The notes under the pieces were generated by a model. The model was not told the DNA's origin and made no database searches. It saw only the letters and a list, made by a program, of their open reading frames with translations. 63,226 nt of DNA from Chara braunii (taxonomy: Eukaryota > Plantae > Charophyceae): assembly GCA_003427395.1 (NCBI GenBank), contig BFEA01000031.1, forward strand, positions 4,956,736-5,019,961. The letters run 5' to 3'. The position numbers and the translations under genes are program-made. Every line of letters starts with the position of its first letter. Position 1 is the first letter of the stretch. Shown piece after piece: positions 9,993 through 21,959 of the stretch.

Positions 9993-12455
9993 TGTGACGA
10001 ACCAATTTCTGTTCCGCGTGATTCTCTGCGCGATGACAATCAGGGGTCCTAAGATGGGAAGGTTGGGCCAATTAGAGGAGATCGGGATCGAAGGAAAATT
10101 GCATCAGTGTCCTCGCTTTTTTGTCTTTTCTCTTTCGTCGCTTCTTTTCGAATGGCTGGGTTCAGGGCCGAGCAAGTCCCGAGAGGGCCGATTAAGTGGC
10201 TGTCGCGCCGATAAAGGCGGGAATAATAATGTTTGACATCGCTTCTTTCTCGTTCTGTTGTCGGGTTTTAGGCGCGGAGGTTGCGAAGGAATTTTGCTTC
10301 GTTCTTTTTTTATTTCTTTTCGATTCTTGTCGAACCCTTGACGGCTCTCGGAACTTCGGATTTTCTTTTCAGAATTTGTGTTTCTTTTTACATCAGCTAG
10401 GAATTTAGGAATTCGGGATTTCTTTTGTCGTGCATTGTCTTTCTGGAGCGTTTCTTTTTGCGGCTACAACGTAGCTCTGAATAGTCAGCGCCCTTAATCT
10501 TGCAAGTAACTGTAATTTTTGGGTGGGCACCATTGTAACTGTATTTTTCTTCTTGAGCGTCGTCTTTCCCACCCTCTCTTTCCTTTTTGCTGTGCCTGGT
10601 TGGCCCCGTGACCTGCATGCTCGGATCGATACGTGGAAAGTGGCTACGTCCCCCACACCGCGGTCTGGCCATGCAGAACGTAGGCGGTCCCTCTCCTAAT
10701 CCCCTTTGTAAGTCCTTGCAATTTTCCTTGCAATTTCGTGTTCTTCGCGCATGCATGCACGCTATAAATTCTGGCAGCGCGATTAGATAGCTCTCTTGAC
10801 CAGTTGTTGGAAGCTTGGGGTAGCGCGATCAGTGAGGGTCGGCTCAGGAGTGAACTAAGAGGTGAGTTGAAGTGGAGTCGGGCGACCCGGCGCTGGTCCC
10901 GAATGCGAGGGGCTGACGCGTGGGGCTACGACGGACTGTAGCAGGCGGGTGAACCTGACGGGTGCAGGAGGACTAAGCGGGGTGACGACTTCGTGGGTTG
11001 GTGTGGGACGACTAACTGCCAGCATCGGAGAGAGAGAGAGAGGAAGAGGGAGCTGAGGTTGATGGACGTGGATTTGCAGTTTTCTTTGTCTTTCTCCCTC
11101 TTTGCTTTTGTATATAAATTTTGATCTCGGCTTAGGGCAACTCGCTTGTTTTTTTTTGCTTTCAGAATCCTTGTCTCGGTTTCAGCCCACACTCGTTTTG
11201 TGATTGATCTTGATCGCGTTTGTTGTGTGTTTTGTCGAATGAATGGATGAATGAATGTCATATCTGTTGCTTTTCTTTTGTCTGGTCCTTGCCTTTGCTT
11301 GTCATTTTGATACACACGTGAGCATAGTAGAAACTTCTGCGTAGTCGTCATTACTGCTTTCATTGTTGTTTATCCCTTTTGAGCCACTATTGTAGCTGTG
11401 ATGCCTGATGTGTAATAGCACCTTGCATGCTCAGGAACGATTGCGTGCGGGATCACGGAGTGATTAGATAATTGGGTAGTTTATTGTCCAAAAACAAGGG
11501 AATACCTCGCGGGGATGTGTGTAAGCGCGATCTGATCTGCACGACCTACACATATCCACGCACACCGATTCACGACCATTGACGAACTTGACACCTTCGA
11601 TATCTGGTAGGCGGGTATTTTCCTTCCCCCACGCACCTAAACGGATAGGAATTTACGATATCCCATCGGGAAAATCCCCCTGCCAGTTAGACGCGTGTGG
11701 AGGAATTCCATCACACCAAAATGATCAGATGTCGAGCTCATGGGACTCGGAGTACTTCGACCCTTGTGTGAGAGAATGTGTTAGGCAAAGATACCCGAAA
11801 TTTCCCTGCCTAACCGAGAATTGATTGTGCCCCAGGGAGTTTCACTGTGCCACTACCAGCGATCCTAGGTACCCCGATTTTTCCACTACGTACAACACAC
11901 AATACTTCATATCCTTCGGCTCGGTCATTATCACTACCAATTTCCCTCCCTTCCGCCTCCTCCTCCCGTATCAGCAACTCACAGTGGTTCCGTGGAATTC
12001 CATCGCCCCGTACTGACCCCGCACGCCTTGCGAAAATTGTCGGCGACGCAGCAACCGACGAACCCCTGAAACTAGGGGGCCTAACCAAAACGCGCGATGA
12101 CAGAGGCCACGTGTCTGCACCCTAAGGTCCGACTCATCGAAACCGCAACCATCCCGGGCGGGTCTCTCCCCGAACCGCCCCCAACAAAACAGACGGATCG
12201 GACGACCTTGAATGCACCGTGCAGGTCATCTACCTTATGCTGCACGACCTCGACCGCCATCAGACCAGAAGTAACTCGCCCCTTAGCCCTATTGCATCTA
12301 TACCTCTGAAACTTTGCCACAGGAGATCTCAGTTTCGACCTGGGACTCCACCCCCACTTTCCCAAAAATCCTTGGCACACCCCTTTTCACACTTCCAGGC
12401 CCACATCCCACTCCGATCAGGAAGTCGCGTTGGGCGTGAGGTTTTGGGCGTCACA
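9993..12455 (+). repeat. Full-length LTR, 2463 bp
   Basis: Termini TGTGACG...CGTCACA form a perfect 7-bp inverted repeat. TATAAA at 10763. The 3' two-thirds match 905-2488. Confidence 0.9.
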
Positions 12456-12926
12456 GCGTCGTTCTGGTATGGAACAGCCATAAGTCACTGAGTCTAACAG
12501 CATTGAAACCACCTAAGAAGAATTGCTAGGACCCAGGGTTCAAAAACATTCTTAAGACCACCAATCAACCATCCGCGTATGGTGAACCCTGAGATCTATT
12601 ATTTGAGAGATTTTTTTTTTTTTTTTAAATGAATACAGTCAGCCCTCCTTCTATTTCCTTTCACCCCCTACTCTTCTTCATCTCCCGACGAGCCGACCTC
12701 CTCTTTATACCTGCATCCTTAGGGACATCCAGTTCGTTTTTTCCTTTTCTTTTTTCTTCTTTTTCTATTGCACAGGTCTCTTCCGCCCACCTGCAGGTCA
12801 GGAGCAGCCCCTGCATGTTCTCTCGTGAACACGGTGCTGGCTGCTACTAGGTTCCCCGTATGCCTACAATTAGGAGTAGTGGTAAGTAGGTAGTGTGAGG
12901 TGAAATTGAGAGAATAATACAACTTT

Positions 12927-12927
12927 A

Positions 12928-12978
<51 letters not shown>
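12927..12978. repeat. (AAT)n microsatellite
   Basis: About 17 AAT units. Confidence 0.95.
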
Positions 12979-12979
<1 letters not shown>

Positions 12980-12980
<1 letters not shown>

Positions 12981-13693
12981 ATTGTCCCTTCATGATGCCA
13001 AATCGTACAGAAGTGAGTCAAGAAAGTGGGCCGCAGGCCCGCACACCGCGGGAAGATGGAGGGCGGATGGGACCGCTTCACCAAATGAAGGCGAGGAAAA
13101 GGACTCGACCTCTGAAAAGACCCGACCCTTGTGTGGTGTGCACACAGATTTGCATTGGCAATGAATGCAGCAAGCGGTCGGAGCCTAGAAGGCGCAACTC
13201 GGGAAGGTTCTCAAGCTATTGTTGCTGGGCAGGCGCCTGTGACTTATATTGTCGCTGGTCAAGGCAATGAGAGTGGAAGGGTTGGTGAGGCTGTTCTTCA
13301 GCCTGGGTGAGTATCACGTCGAACCTGAAACGACGAACCCAGAAGATCGTAGATGCTTGGTTGGAGTATTGGTCGTCGTAGATTGTCGAGGTACTGAAGA
13401 TCGCGATGCTTGTAGTCCGTGGATTTAGTAAATCTAAGGATGGAAAAAACGGGTTTCTAGCAACGACTTCCCGGTACCGATTCCCAACAGTAGTCCTATG
13501 GGTATGGTTGATGCGGACTGAGGATTTGTTTTTTGTTGAATCTGCTTTGTCCACTTAACGTCCAACCAGATGCACAGTTGCTGGCATAATGCTACACAGG
13601 TCTCTTCCAGATAAAATAAGAAATACACTGTCCCTTGATGATGCCAGATCGCACAGAAGTGGGTCAAGAAAGTGGGCCGCAGACCCCCACACC
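12980..13693 (+). repeat. Two ~70-bp direct repeats (12980-13048 and 13626-13693)
   Basis: ca(t/c)tgtccctt(c/g)atgatgcca(a/g)atcg(t/c)acagaagtg(a/g)gtcaagaaagtgggccgcag, each preceded by an A-rich tract. Confidence 0.8.
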
Positions 13694-16642
13694 TCCTGTA
13701 CCGCCGAACTCCGTCTATCGTCCCACGTCGTCTTGAAGGGAATGGTGGAACGAACGATTAAGCGATGGAGGCTGGAGACAGAAGCATGGCACTCCTCAGT
13801 TCGAAGGTGGATACGAGGTTGGGCTTGAGTAGAGCAGCGTTGTCGAGCGCATCGGTCCCGCACGGGGACCCTCCCGACCACGTCACGCATGATTTTGCAG
13901 GACTTGTTATGTAGAGTGTTTCCCTGCTCCACCAGAGTGCGCCAACCGTACCTCTCGCGAGCCCCTACGACAGGACAGGGTCACGTGAGGCACGTCTTAC
14001 CTCCACCCGCGGGAGCTATCACCATCCCTTGAGTGGGCGTATCCCCGCCGAGCTACTGAACCACGTGCGAAGACTTTTGTATGCAATCGCCAAGGTGGCT
14101 CGCTGTAGCATAGGGGGTGCACGCGGTTTACGCTCGTATCGAACCCGTACGTGAGCCATCGGTCGAGGCGCTGATCTCTCGGACGCGACCTTACGGCGGT
14201 CGACTAGAACGGTCATTCTAACCATGCGATACTCTCTGAGAAAACAATTCTTCAAGTTTCACTCGTAGATCGCTCTTAGTCTCTTTCTACGCTTGACCCA
14301 TAAGGGCCATAACTTCTCCCGGACTAAGGTCAGGTCAAGACCATTCACAAACTTTTGTAAAAATGGGACGTTACTTCTCGAGTCTCCTCCATAATGACCA
14401 GCCATGCACGAATACATGAGTAGTCTCAATGATGGAGTACTATGTGGTGCCCTTAAGGGAGCGGTCCCATCCAAGCTATGGGGTCACTCTCGGTGCTCAG
14501 GCGTCGGCGAAAGCGCGTGCTAAGAAGGGTAAACCTTTAGCGAGCGCAAATGCGCCCTGAGAGTCTTACCATCTTCTGCACCCTGCGGTGCCCTAAACGG
14601 TGCGGGGTAGGATAGTCCCTAGGGCAGGAAGGAATTCGGAGCAGTGGTGAGTTGCCTGGCGCACCACCGGCGACATGCTAATCCTTCCGCCCGAAACTTT
14701 ATCATTCCACCAAAATAAATTAAAAATTAAAAAAAGAAAAACAGTAACGATAACAAAAAGAAAAACCCAAATAAACCACCGGATTTTTACAAAAACTAAG
14801 CGTGGCTTATGGGTCCAGCCTACCCAGAAGGTGCGAGTGCCCGTTAGATAGGAAAATCGTCTCCCGAGGTAAGGTCTAGCGAGGGGGTCGCCTTTCCCTT
14901 TCGAGCGATCGTCCCATAACTTATTATGTGCTAGACTTCGAGTATAGTCCGCGCTCAGAGATGAATAAGAGGGACGCCTAAACGACGGAAAGGCAAAATG
15001 CCCAGCTATGCGAGTCCTCGTGAATACTTGTCATTGCGACGCTTCATGCACTACACACATCCTTCCAATTTTCTATAGGAATCAGTGGTGCGAAAGACAC
15101 TCAAGTGTTAGAGATGAGGTATCGTGAATGAAGTCTCCTTCACGATATTGAATGGCTGAACAACAAGCCCCTTAACCCTCGTGGCACTTCTGTCTTTTAG
15201 GCAGAGCGTTGCGGCGGGTAATGCGCCTACGCCCAGCCATAGGGGGTACCCTTCTGAGCTGAGTTAGAACCTGGAGTGTCCTGGACAAGGACCTTGAATT
15301 CAAGTTTTGGACTAACGTCTGGCTAAGATGATTTAAATAGCAGGGGCGAGCGTGTACATGACTGCGACATCGGAAAGTTCATGCATGCGCCCCTTCCCTT
15401 AGTTGTCAATAGTTAAGCTTAAATAAAAGTGGTTCGGACACTCAAATAGAAGGTTTGTGGGGTATCAAACAATCATTCTCACAAACAACAATGTCGCTTG
15501 TCCTTCCGAATTTACACAATACTCAGATTATCACCAAGCTTAAACCACAAAGATCTCTTATGCATACCTGTGATCACACAGAATTTGAACAACAACATCA
15601 CATACCCTAAGGGAGTCAATTTTACCATTTTTTCTGCGACTCACACCCTGCCTAATTCATACAAGCCCCAACCATTTCCCAATACCCCTCAACAAAGGTA
15701 CCTTGTCTTTAAAAATGACCAATTAGAAAGAAGTCTGGGTGAAAATCCCAAGAAAACATAAAAAACCACAGGGGTTGAGGCCTTAGGTCGAGATGCTGAA
15801 GCAGGCAAGTTGTGTCGTAAACCGACCAATCGGCAACCGACTTGTTATCAGTGATAATAGAAGATGATACTCTGTAGGATCAGGCCGAACAAGTCGAGCC
15901 TTCAATCGAATTCCCTGTCCTGTATCACAACACAGGCCAAAGAGAGTCGCTACTACGTTTGAGCCAAATGGAGAACGTGTTACATCTCGTAGCCTAGCTC
16001 CTCTACTAAGTTTCCTTCTACCTTCCTCTGACTGGCATCAAGTTATCGGAAGTCTTGGCAGCATCTCCCCTAGACAAGGAGAATTGTCAAGCTTCTTCTA
16101 GTTGAGAAATAATCTAACTCTCCTTATTCTGTAAAAATTTCGGCAGCGCCTCCCGTAGGAAAAGTACCTTTTCACAATTTATAGGAGACCAAAAATGACT
16201 ATTTTTTTTCAATTTTGTGAAAATTTTGTCAGCGCTTCCCATAGGAACAGGAGGTTACCAAGATTAATACAAAGCTCAAAATATAAAGACAAAGTACAAC
16301 CATACGTGGGGTTAACTTTTGACGCTTACTTGATAGTTGGAACTGGAGATAGTTTACATGATCCTCTTTCGAAGATTGAATCATGAGCTATCACTAGTCC
16401 TAACTTCTAGTAGGGTCAGTCCTACCACATCCCAAGCTTCCGTCCCATCATCCATCTCACCTACCTATAGCTCCAACACTCAGCGAGCATCTAAAGCAAC
16501 TAAGCTATCAAAAGATGCCAAGACGAATGCCCGCAAACATGCGTAAATGAACATATCTCTCAGTTCCATATTACTTTAATCCAAATAGTTCGTTAATCTC
16601 TCAATTTTTTTGACCCTTAGTAAACCCTCTTTTCTATGACAT

Positions 16643-17943
16643 AGGATCAGACCGCCCAAACTTAGGGGTACGCCTGACCTGCCTAAGCAAAACAAATAGG
16701 GTACGCACAACTAGACTGCCCCAACTTAGGGGTATGTCTAGCTTGCATGACTGAAACGTCTGTCCAAACTGCCCCAACTTAGGGGTATGCCTGGCTCCAC
16801 ATAAACTGTGTACATAAAGCATATAACCAGACCGCCCTAACTTAAGGGTACGCCTGACTTCTGCGTAACTAACGACATGAGGCATAAAACTAGACTGCCT
16901 TAACTTAGGGGTACGCCTAGTCAGCCTTAAACGAAGTTTACATATTGCATAGGATTAGACTGCCCCAACTTAGGGGTATGGCAAACTTGCCTAACCAAAC
17001 ACACTGCGAATGGTTAGACCGCCCTAACTTAAGGGTACGTTCAACCTACATAATGTCAACGACAAGGGCATATTGCTAGGCCGCCTCAACTTAGGGGTAC
17101 ACCTAGTTAGCCTAAACAATTTTAAAGTACATAAGGTAATGTGATCAAACCGCCATAACTTAAGGGTACGTCTGATCTGCCTAAACAAGTTACAGACGAC
17201 GTATGACTCAGCTGCCCCAGCTTAGGGGTACGTTTAGCCTCCGTAACACCAGCTCAAACAACCACAAATACTCAGTACAAACTTTATAACTTTCTCTCTT
17301 CTTAGGCAGATAGTCAGACCTACCTAACTTAGGGAGACATCCAACCCTGCCTTGTGTTTAAAAGGAAAAATAAAGAAGTTTTATACTAACTGTCTGCCTC
17401 TTTTGTATTATCACGAGCATAGGACCGAACCGCCCTAACTTAAGGGTGCGCTCAGTCTGCCCGGGTTACCTTCACTTCATATTCTTCATTTGTCTCTCTT
17501 CCCTTTTTGTTCTACATGACTTACTGACTGACTTTCCCAACTTAGGGTGACCAGTATGTCAGATAATACAAGTTTGTATAATATATGTATCAAATTTTAT
17601 ACTTTGGTTTGTCATTAAGTTCACAGCTTCTGACTAAGCCGCCCCAACTTAGGGGTACGCTTAGTCTTATGTCTTTGTCCCCTTGGAGAAAAACACACAC
17701 AAAATTGGGTCTACACAACTTGGAATATCCCCAACTTTGTTTTCAGTAACCCAAAAGAAAACACTAGGATTCTGAGTCCTCCCAACTTAAGGTGCCCGTC
17801 CTTCTGTTTAGAAACCCCGGAAAAGAAACAGTAACTGGACCGTCCAGCTTAGGATAGGCCCAATCCTTGACAGGCCATGCAATCAGCCCAGCAAACATAA
17901 ATAAAACACAGCACTGAACCCACTCAACTTAGAGGGATTCAGC
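16643..17943. repeat. Array of 17 stem-loop units, core (C/T)GCCC(C/T)-AACTTA-(G/A)GGGTA(C/T)G with variable paired flanks
   Basis: Loops start at 16659, 16723, 16776, 16839, 16902, 16967, 17026, 17088, 17157, 17219, 17326, 17437, 17539, 17646, 17784, 17846 and 17926. Confidence 0.9.
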
Positions 17944-20900
17944 CTCGGGTTGGTCAAACGCATGCAAAATACCTTCCTCATGCCTTCTCCCTTTTTTCCT
18001 TTTCTTAATTCAAACACATTAAATATATGACTTTCACACATTATTCATTCCTTTCAGTTCGCAGTGGTTCAAGAAATAACGTACAAACAATATAAAGTCA
18101 AAAATAGTATTTATCATAGTCCCAGTCAGACAAAAGTAGTAGGTTGAGGGGAATACGGGATCACACGAGTAAAGCGAGATTATATCTCAGTGTTCCCTGC
18201 CTCCAGAACCCCACCTGGGCTCCGACAGAGCTCCCACAATCGGTGGGTGGACCTCCTACAAGGTCTTGCTGCGGTCCTACGGGTTGCAATCCCGCCTGCC
18301 GCCTTCCTCTCGTAACCTCATATTAGACTTAGAGTAAGAAAGACAGATTGAGGGGTTTCAAACGCTTGCGATACAAGGGTTGGACTTACTCAACTCTCAG
18401 GAGAGGGCCTTTTTGTCTTCAATCTCATGAGGGTCCTGCAATGATGGTCAGAACGCGCAACAACTGGTCAAACTGGAGTGGAACAGTTGGCCGTAGGCTC
18501 TCTGACAACCTCCAAGTTGTCGCGGTGGCCCCTATAAAGAGTCTGATCACACCTTTAAATCTTAATGCCTCAGACTCAGTCCAAACTACAACTAAGCGAC
18601 CTCGCAAAACTGCATTCGGATAGCGCACTCCCCTGTGCCGTACTCAAATTTCAGCAAAGCTTAGTAATACTTAGCGAGGCAGCAGTGGACAAAGCAGTCT
18701 GCGCACAGTAGCCAAGCAAGGTAGCATTACCCACCAACAGGCCTTGCAAGTGCCGCGAGTTGAGGTAGCTCGTGGTGATGCACGACGATGCACAGTGTCG
18801 TCCAAGCCGCCAGACCCGGCGAACACCCAACTAGACACATTAGTTTCAGCAGCAAGACCCTGCGGAACCCAACCAGACACAGTAGTAGAGCACAGCGGCA
18901 GCGTCTAAAAAAAACGAACACTAGCAGTAGCTCAAATGCATGCGACTGCCGATTACGCAGACCAGCATTATGACAAAGGAGGTCGACAAGCTGGACTTGT
19001 TACCAAATTGCATTCAACTGGAAATCGGATTGAACTAAACCTTACCCTTTTGATTCCCTGCGTATCTGTTGTTTCAGGTGTACCGCCCAACCAAACTCTT
19101 CATCTGACAGTGCTCCTTTGCATGTGCACCCGAGTCTGCACAAACATTTTGCCTGTTGAAACCACTGCTTGCGTCTATCTACATTCCTTCTGATCTCTCT
19201 ACTCAAGCATATCGTCGGACCCCATCCCGCATTGTTAGTTCACATTGGTAAGTACCTTCTCTCTCTTCCCTCTGCTGCGTGAAACTCATATCCCCCTCGC
19301 GGTATCACTCACTACCTTGTTTCCTATACCTCCTATTCTGATTATGCATTCACCCTGTATGGACGCACCTGGCCTTTTGTGCGGACAGGTTCATTCACCG
19401 TTGTGGTCATAATGCTCCTTCGTCAGATAAGCAACCTCGACTACTCAAATCTTTCCTTCTTCGTCAACGCGCAGCTGCATTCGACCTTTGACTCACCTCG
19501 CACCGTAGGTGTCATAAGGTGAGTGTTCTCCCCACTCTCGTTCTCTCTTACACGCATACACACACCCGTTACCCACCGCCTGGCCTGCACCTGGCCAACT
19601 CCTTGGCTAGGTTCATGCCTTCTTACCAACGCCGGCGGGAAACGTGGGTCTATGATGCCAAACAAGATCGTGATAACGATGGCTGAAATCACAATGAACA
19701 CAGCAGTAAGGTCAGCACTACATATCTCCTCCGACTCGCCGTCTTCTTCCGCTTCGTTCTATTAGCGAATGGTCGGTTACACCTTCGATGAAATGAGCAA
19801 AGATCGGAATGAATCTTCCGTTAGAATGCGCAAAAATTTCCTACTTTCCAGCCATACACGCAGAGTGAGAGAATGAGGTTACTTTCGTCGATATGATGAG
19901 CATCGCACCGGTCAACAGGTAAGTCTCCAACCTCTCGCTTTGCCTTGCTACTTCCATCGAACGATAAGCGGACTCCGTATGAATCTTACGCTAGAATGGG
20001 GGGAAAATACACACATGTCTACCGCCTTTCTCTCGTCGTTCCGCAGACACGCACCTTGACTCCCCTTTCGTACCTACCCCTCACATCCCTCCGCCTTCGT
20101 CTGCTTCCCTGTCAACTTATTCTCCTTCTTTCCCTCTCCATTCTCTACTTCTTACGCTTGCTCGTGCAACAGCCTCGCTGCCACACCCATTTTCAACTCT
20201 CACCAAGTGTTCAAAAAATGGAATGAATCTTCTGCTAGAGAAAAGGGAAGATACAATGATACATTGCTACCTCCCTGATGCGCAATTCTAATTCACCGTA
20301 CCGCCAACTGACCTTCTTAATGTAAGATCCGCCAACGACATCGGATTCGCCATTCATCAAACTCCAACTTCAATTCATGTTTTGCCTGCCTGAGGCTGCC
20401 TCTATAAAAGAACGAGCAAACAAAGATCCCTCCTCCTCTTTTCTCCCTATCTCCTCGACACTTCCGCACACCCTTTTCCTCTCCTAACTCCTATGATCGT
20501 ATTNNNNNNNNNNNNNNNNNNNNNNNNNNNNNNNNNNNNNNNNNNNNNNNNNNNNNNNNNNNNNNNNNNNNNNNNNNNNNNNNNNNNNNNNNNNNNNNNN
20601 NNNNNNNNNNNNNNNNNNNNNNNNNNNNNNNNNNNNNNNNNNNNNNNNNNNNNNNNNNNNNNNNNNNNNNNNNNNNNNNNNNNNNNNNNNNNNNNNNNNN
20701 NNNNNNNNNNNNNNNNNNNNNNNNNNNNNNNNNNNNNNNNNNNNNNNNNNNNNNNNNNNNNNNNNNNNNNNNNNNNNNNNNNNNNNNNNNNNNNNNNNNN
20801 NNNNNNNNNNNNNNNNNNNNNNNNNNNNNNNNNNNNNNNNNNNNNNNNNNNNNNNNNNNNNNNNNNNNNNNNNNNNNNNNNNNNNNNNNNNNNNNNNNNN

Positions 20901-21323
20901 NNNNNNNNNNNNNNNNNNNNNNNNNNNNNNNNNNNNNNNNNNNNNNNNNNNNNNNNNNNNNNNNNNNNNNNNNNNNNNNNNNNNNNNNNNNNNNNNNNNN
21001 NNNNNNNNNNNNNNNNNNNNNNNNNNNNNNNNNNNNNNNNNNNNNNNNNNNNNNNNNNNNNNNNNNNNNNNNNNNNNNNNNNNNNNNNNNNNNNNNNNNN
21101 NNNNNNNNNNNNNNNNNNNNNNNNNNNNNNNNNNNNNNNNNNNNNNNNNNNNNNNNNNNNNNNNNNNNNNNNNNNNNNNNNNNNNNNNNNNNNNNNNNNN
21201 NNNNNNNNNNNNNNNNNNNNNNNNNNNNNNNNNNNNNNNNNNNNNNNNNNNNNNNNNNNNNNNNNNNNNNNNNNNNNNNNNNNNNNNNNNNNNNNNNNNN
21301 NNNNNNNNNNNNNNNNNNNNNNN

Positions 21324-21750
21324 TATCGTTTTCTTTTTTTTTTTTGTATGTTAGGGGGAGCGGCCAATGGGGTGTGGAGGCGACGGGGTGGGGGGAATGG
21401 AGGGCGTGGGGTTGGGTGGTGGGGTTGTCGTGTAGGCGGGCCGACGTGTGGGTGCTGGGGCGGAGCGGTTATGGATGGATGGCATGTGGGCGGTCTGGGG
21501 GTAGGAGCAGACCGACTTGTTGACGGGTCAGCAGGGGCAGGGCGGGGCCAGCCGGGGCAAGGCGGCCTTTTTTTTTTCACATATCGATGAACGCCGCCCA
21601 CCACCCCGTAGCCACCAGCACGCGCGTGCCCGAACCGGGGCTGCGTTCAAGTTTTTCACGCCACGTGGCACATGGCACGTTTGAACGCGATTGAACGCGG
21701 CCTTGACACGTTTGAACATGCGCGTTTGAACGCGAACACGCAAACGGTTA
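21324..21750. mobile_element. Probable MITE end fragment with GAACGCG subterminal motifs, abutting an assembly gap
   Basis: Clustered ttgaacgcg/gcgttc motifs, G-rich tract and T runs, similar in style to 47800-48226. Confidence 0.4.
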
Positions 21751-21959
21751 TATAGTAGTACGAAATTTGACTACTAGCCTTGTGCGACAATTTTGTAGGT
21801 AGTTCCATTCTTTTCCCTCTAGCGACTAGTACTGGTGTTTAGTAGCTATAAATCAATTTTAGTCAAAGTCACTAATCCTCTTTTAGGCACTTGTGTGAGA
21901 TAGTCACCCTTATTTAGTGCATTGCATTAACTAAAGACGACTGCCATCAAGTTCGTCGG

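Larger units (their letters stand above)
905..12455 (+). mobile_element. Degenerate Ty3/gypsy LTR retrotransposon (5'-truncated LTR, PBS, gag, PR, RT largely deleted, RH, PHD, INT, extra ORF, 3' LTR)
   Basis: Direct repeats ~905-2488 and ~10855-12442; PBS-Met; domain order gag-PR-RH-INT; many stops and frameshifts. Confidence 0.88.

Noticed and set aside
12985-13693. Hammerhead ribozyme in the 70-bp direct repeats (TTGATGA...GAAA)
   Set aside because: Core is not CTGATGA in either copy, there is no UH cleavage triplet after the putative stem III, and no stem I closure was found.
16643-17943. CRISPR array or integron attC array
   Set aside because: Eukaryotic context with no cas or integrase gene; repeats are not identical; some linkers are related to each other (4 with 7, 5 with 8); no cassette ORFs.
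13697-20500. Defined LTR element boundaries for this region
   Set aside because: Several TG/CA candidates exist, but no paired repeats, PBS, TSD or coding domain could be verified.
20447-21604. Long ORFs spanning N runs (also the X-filled parts at 32488-32747 and 61924-62101)
   Set aside because: Assembly-gap artefacts.
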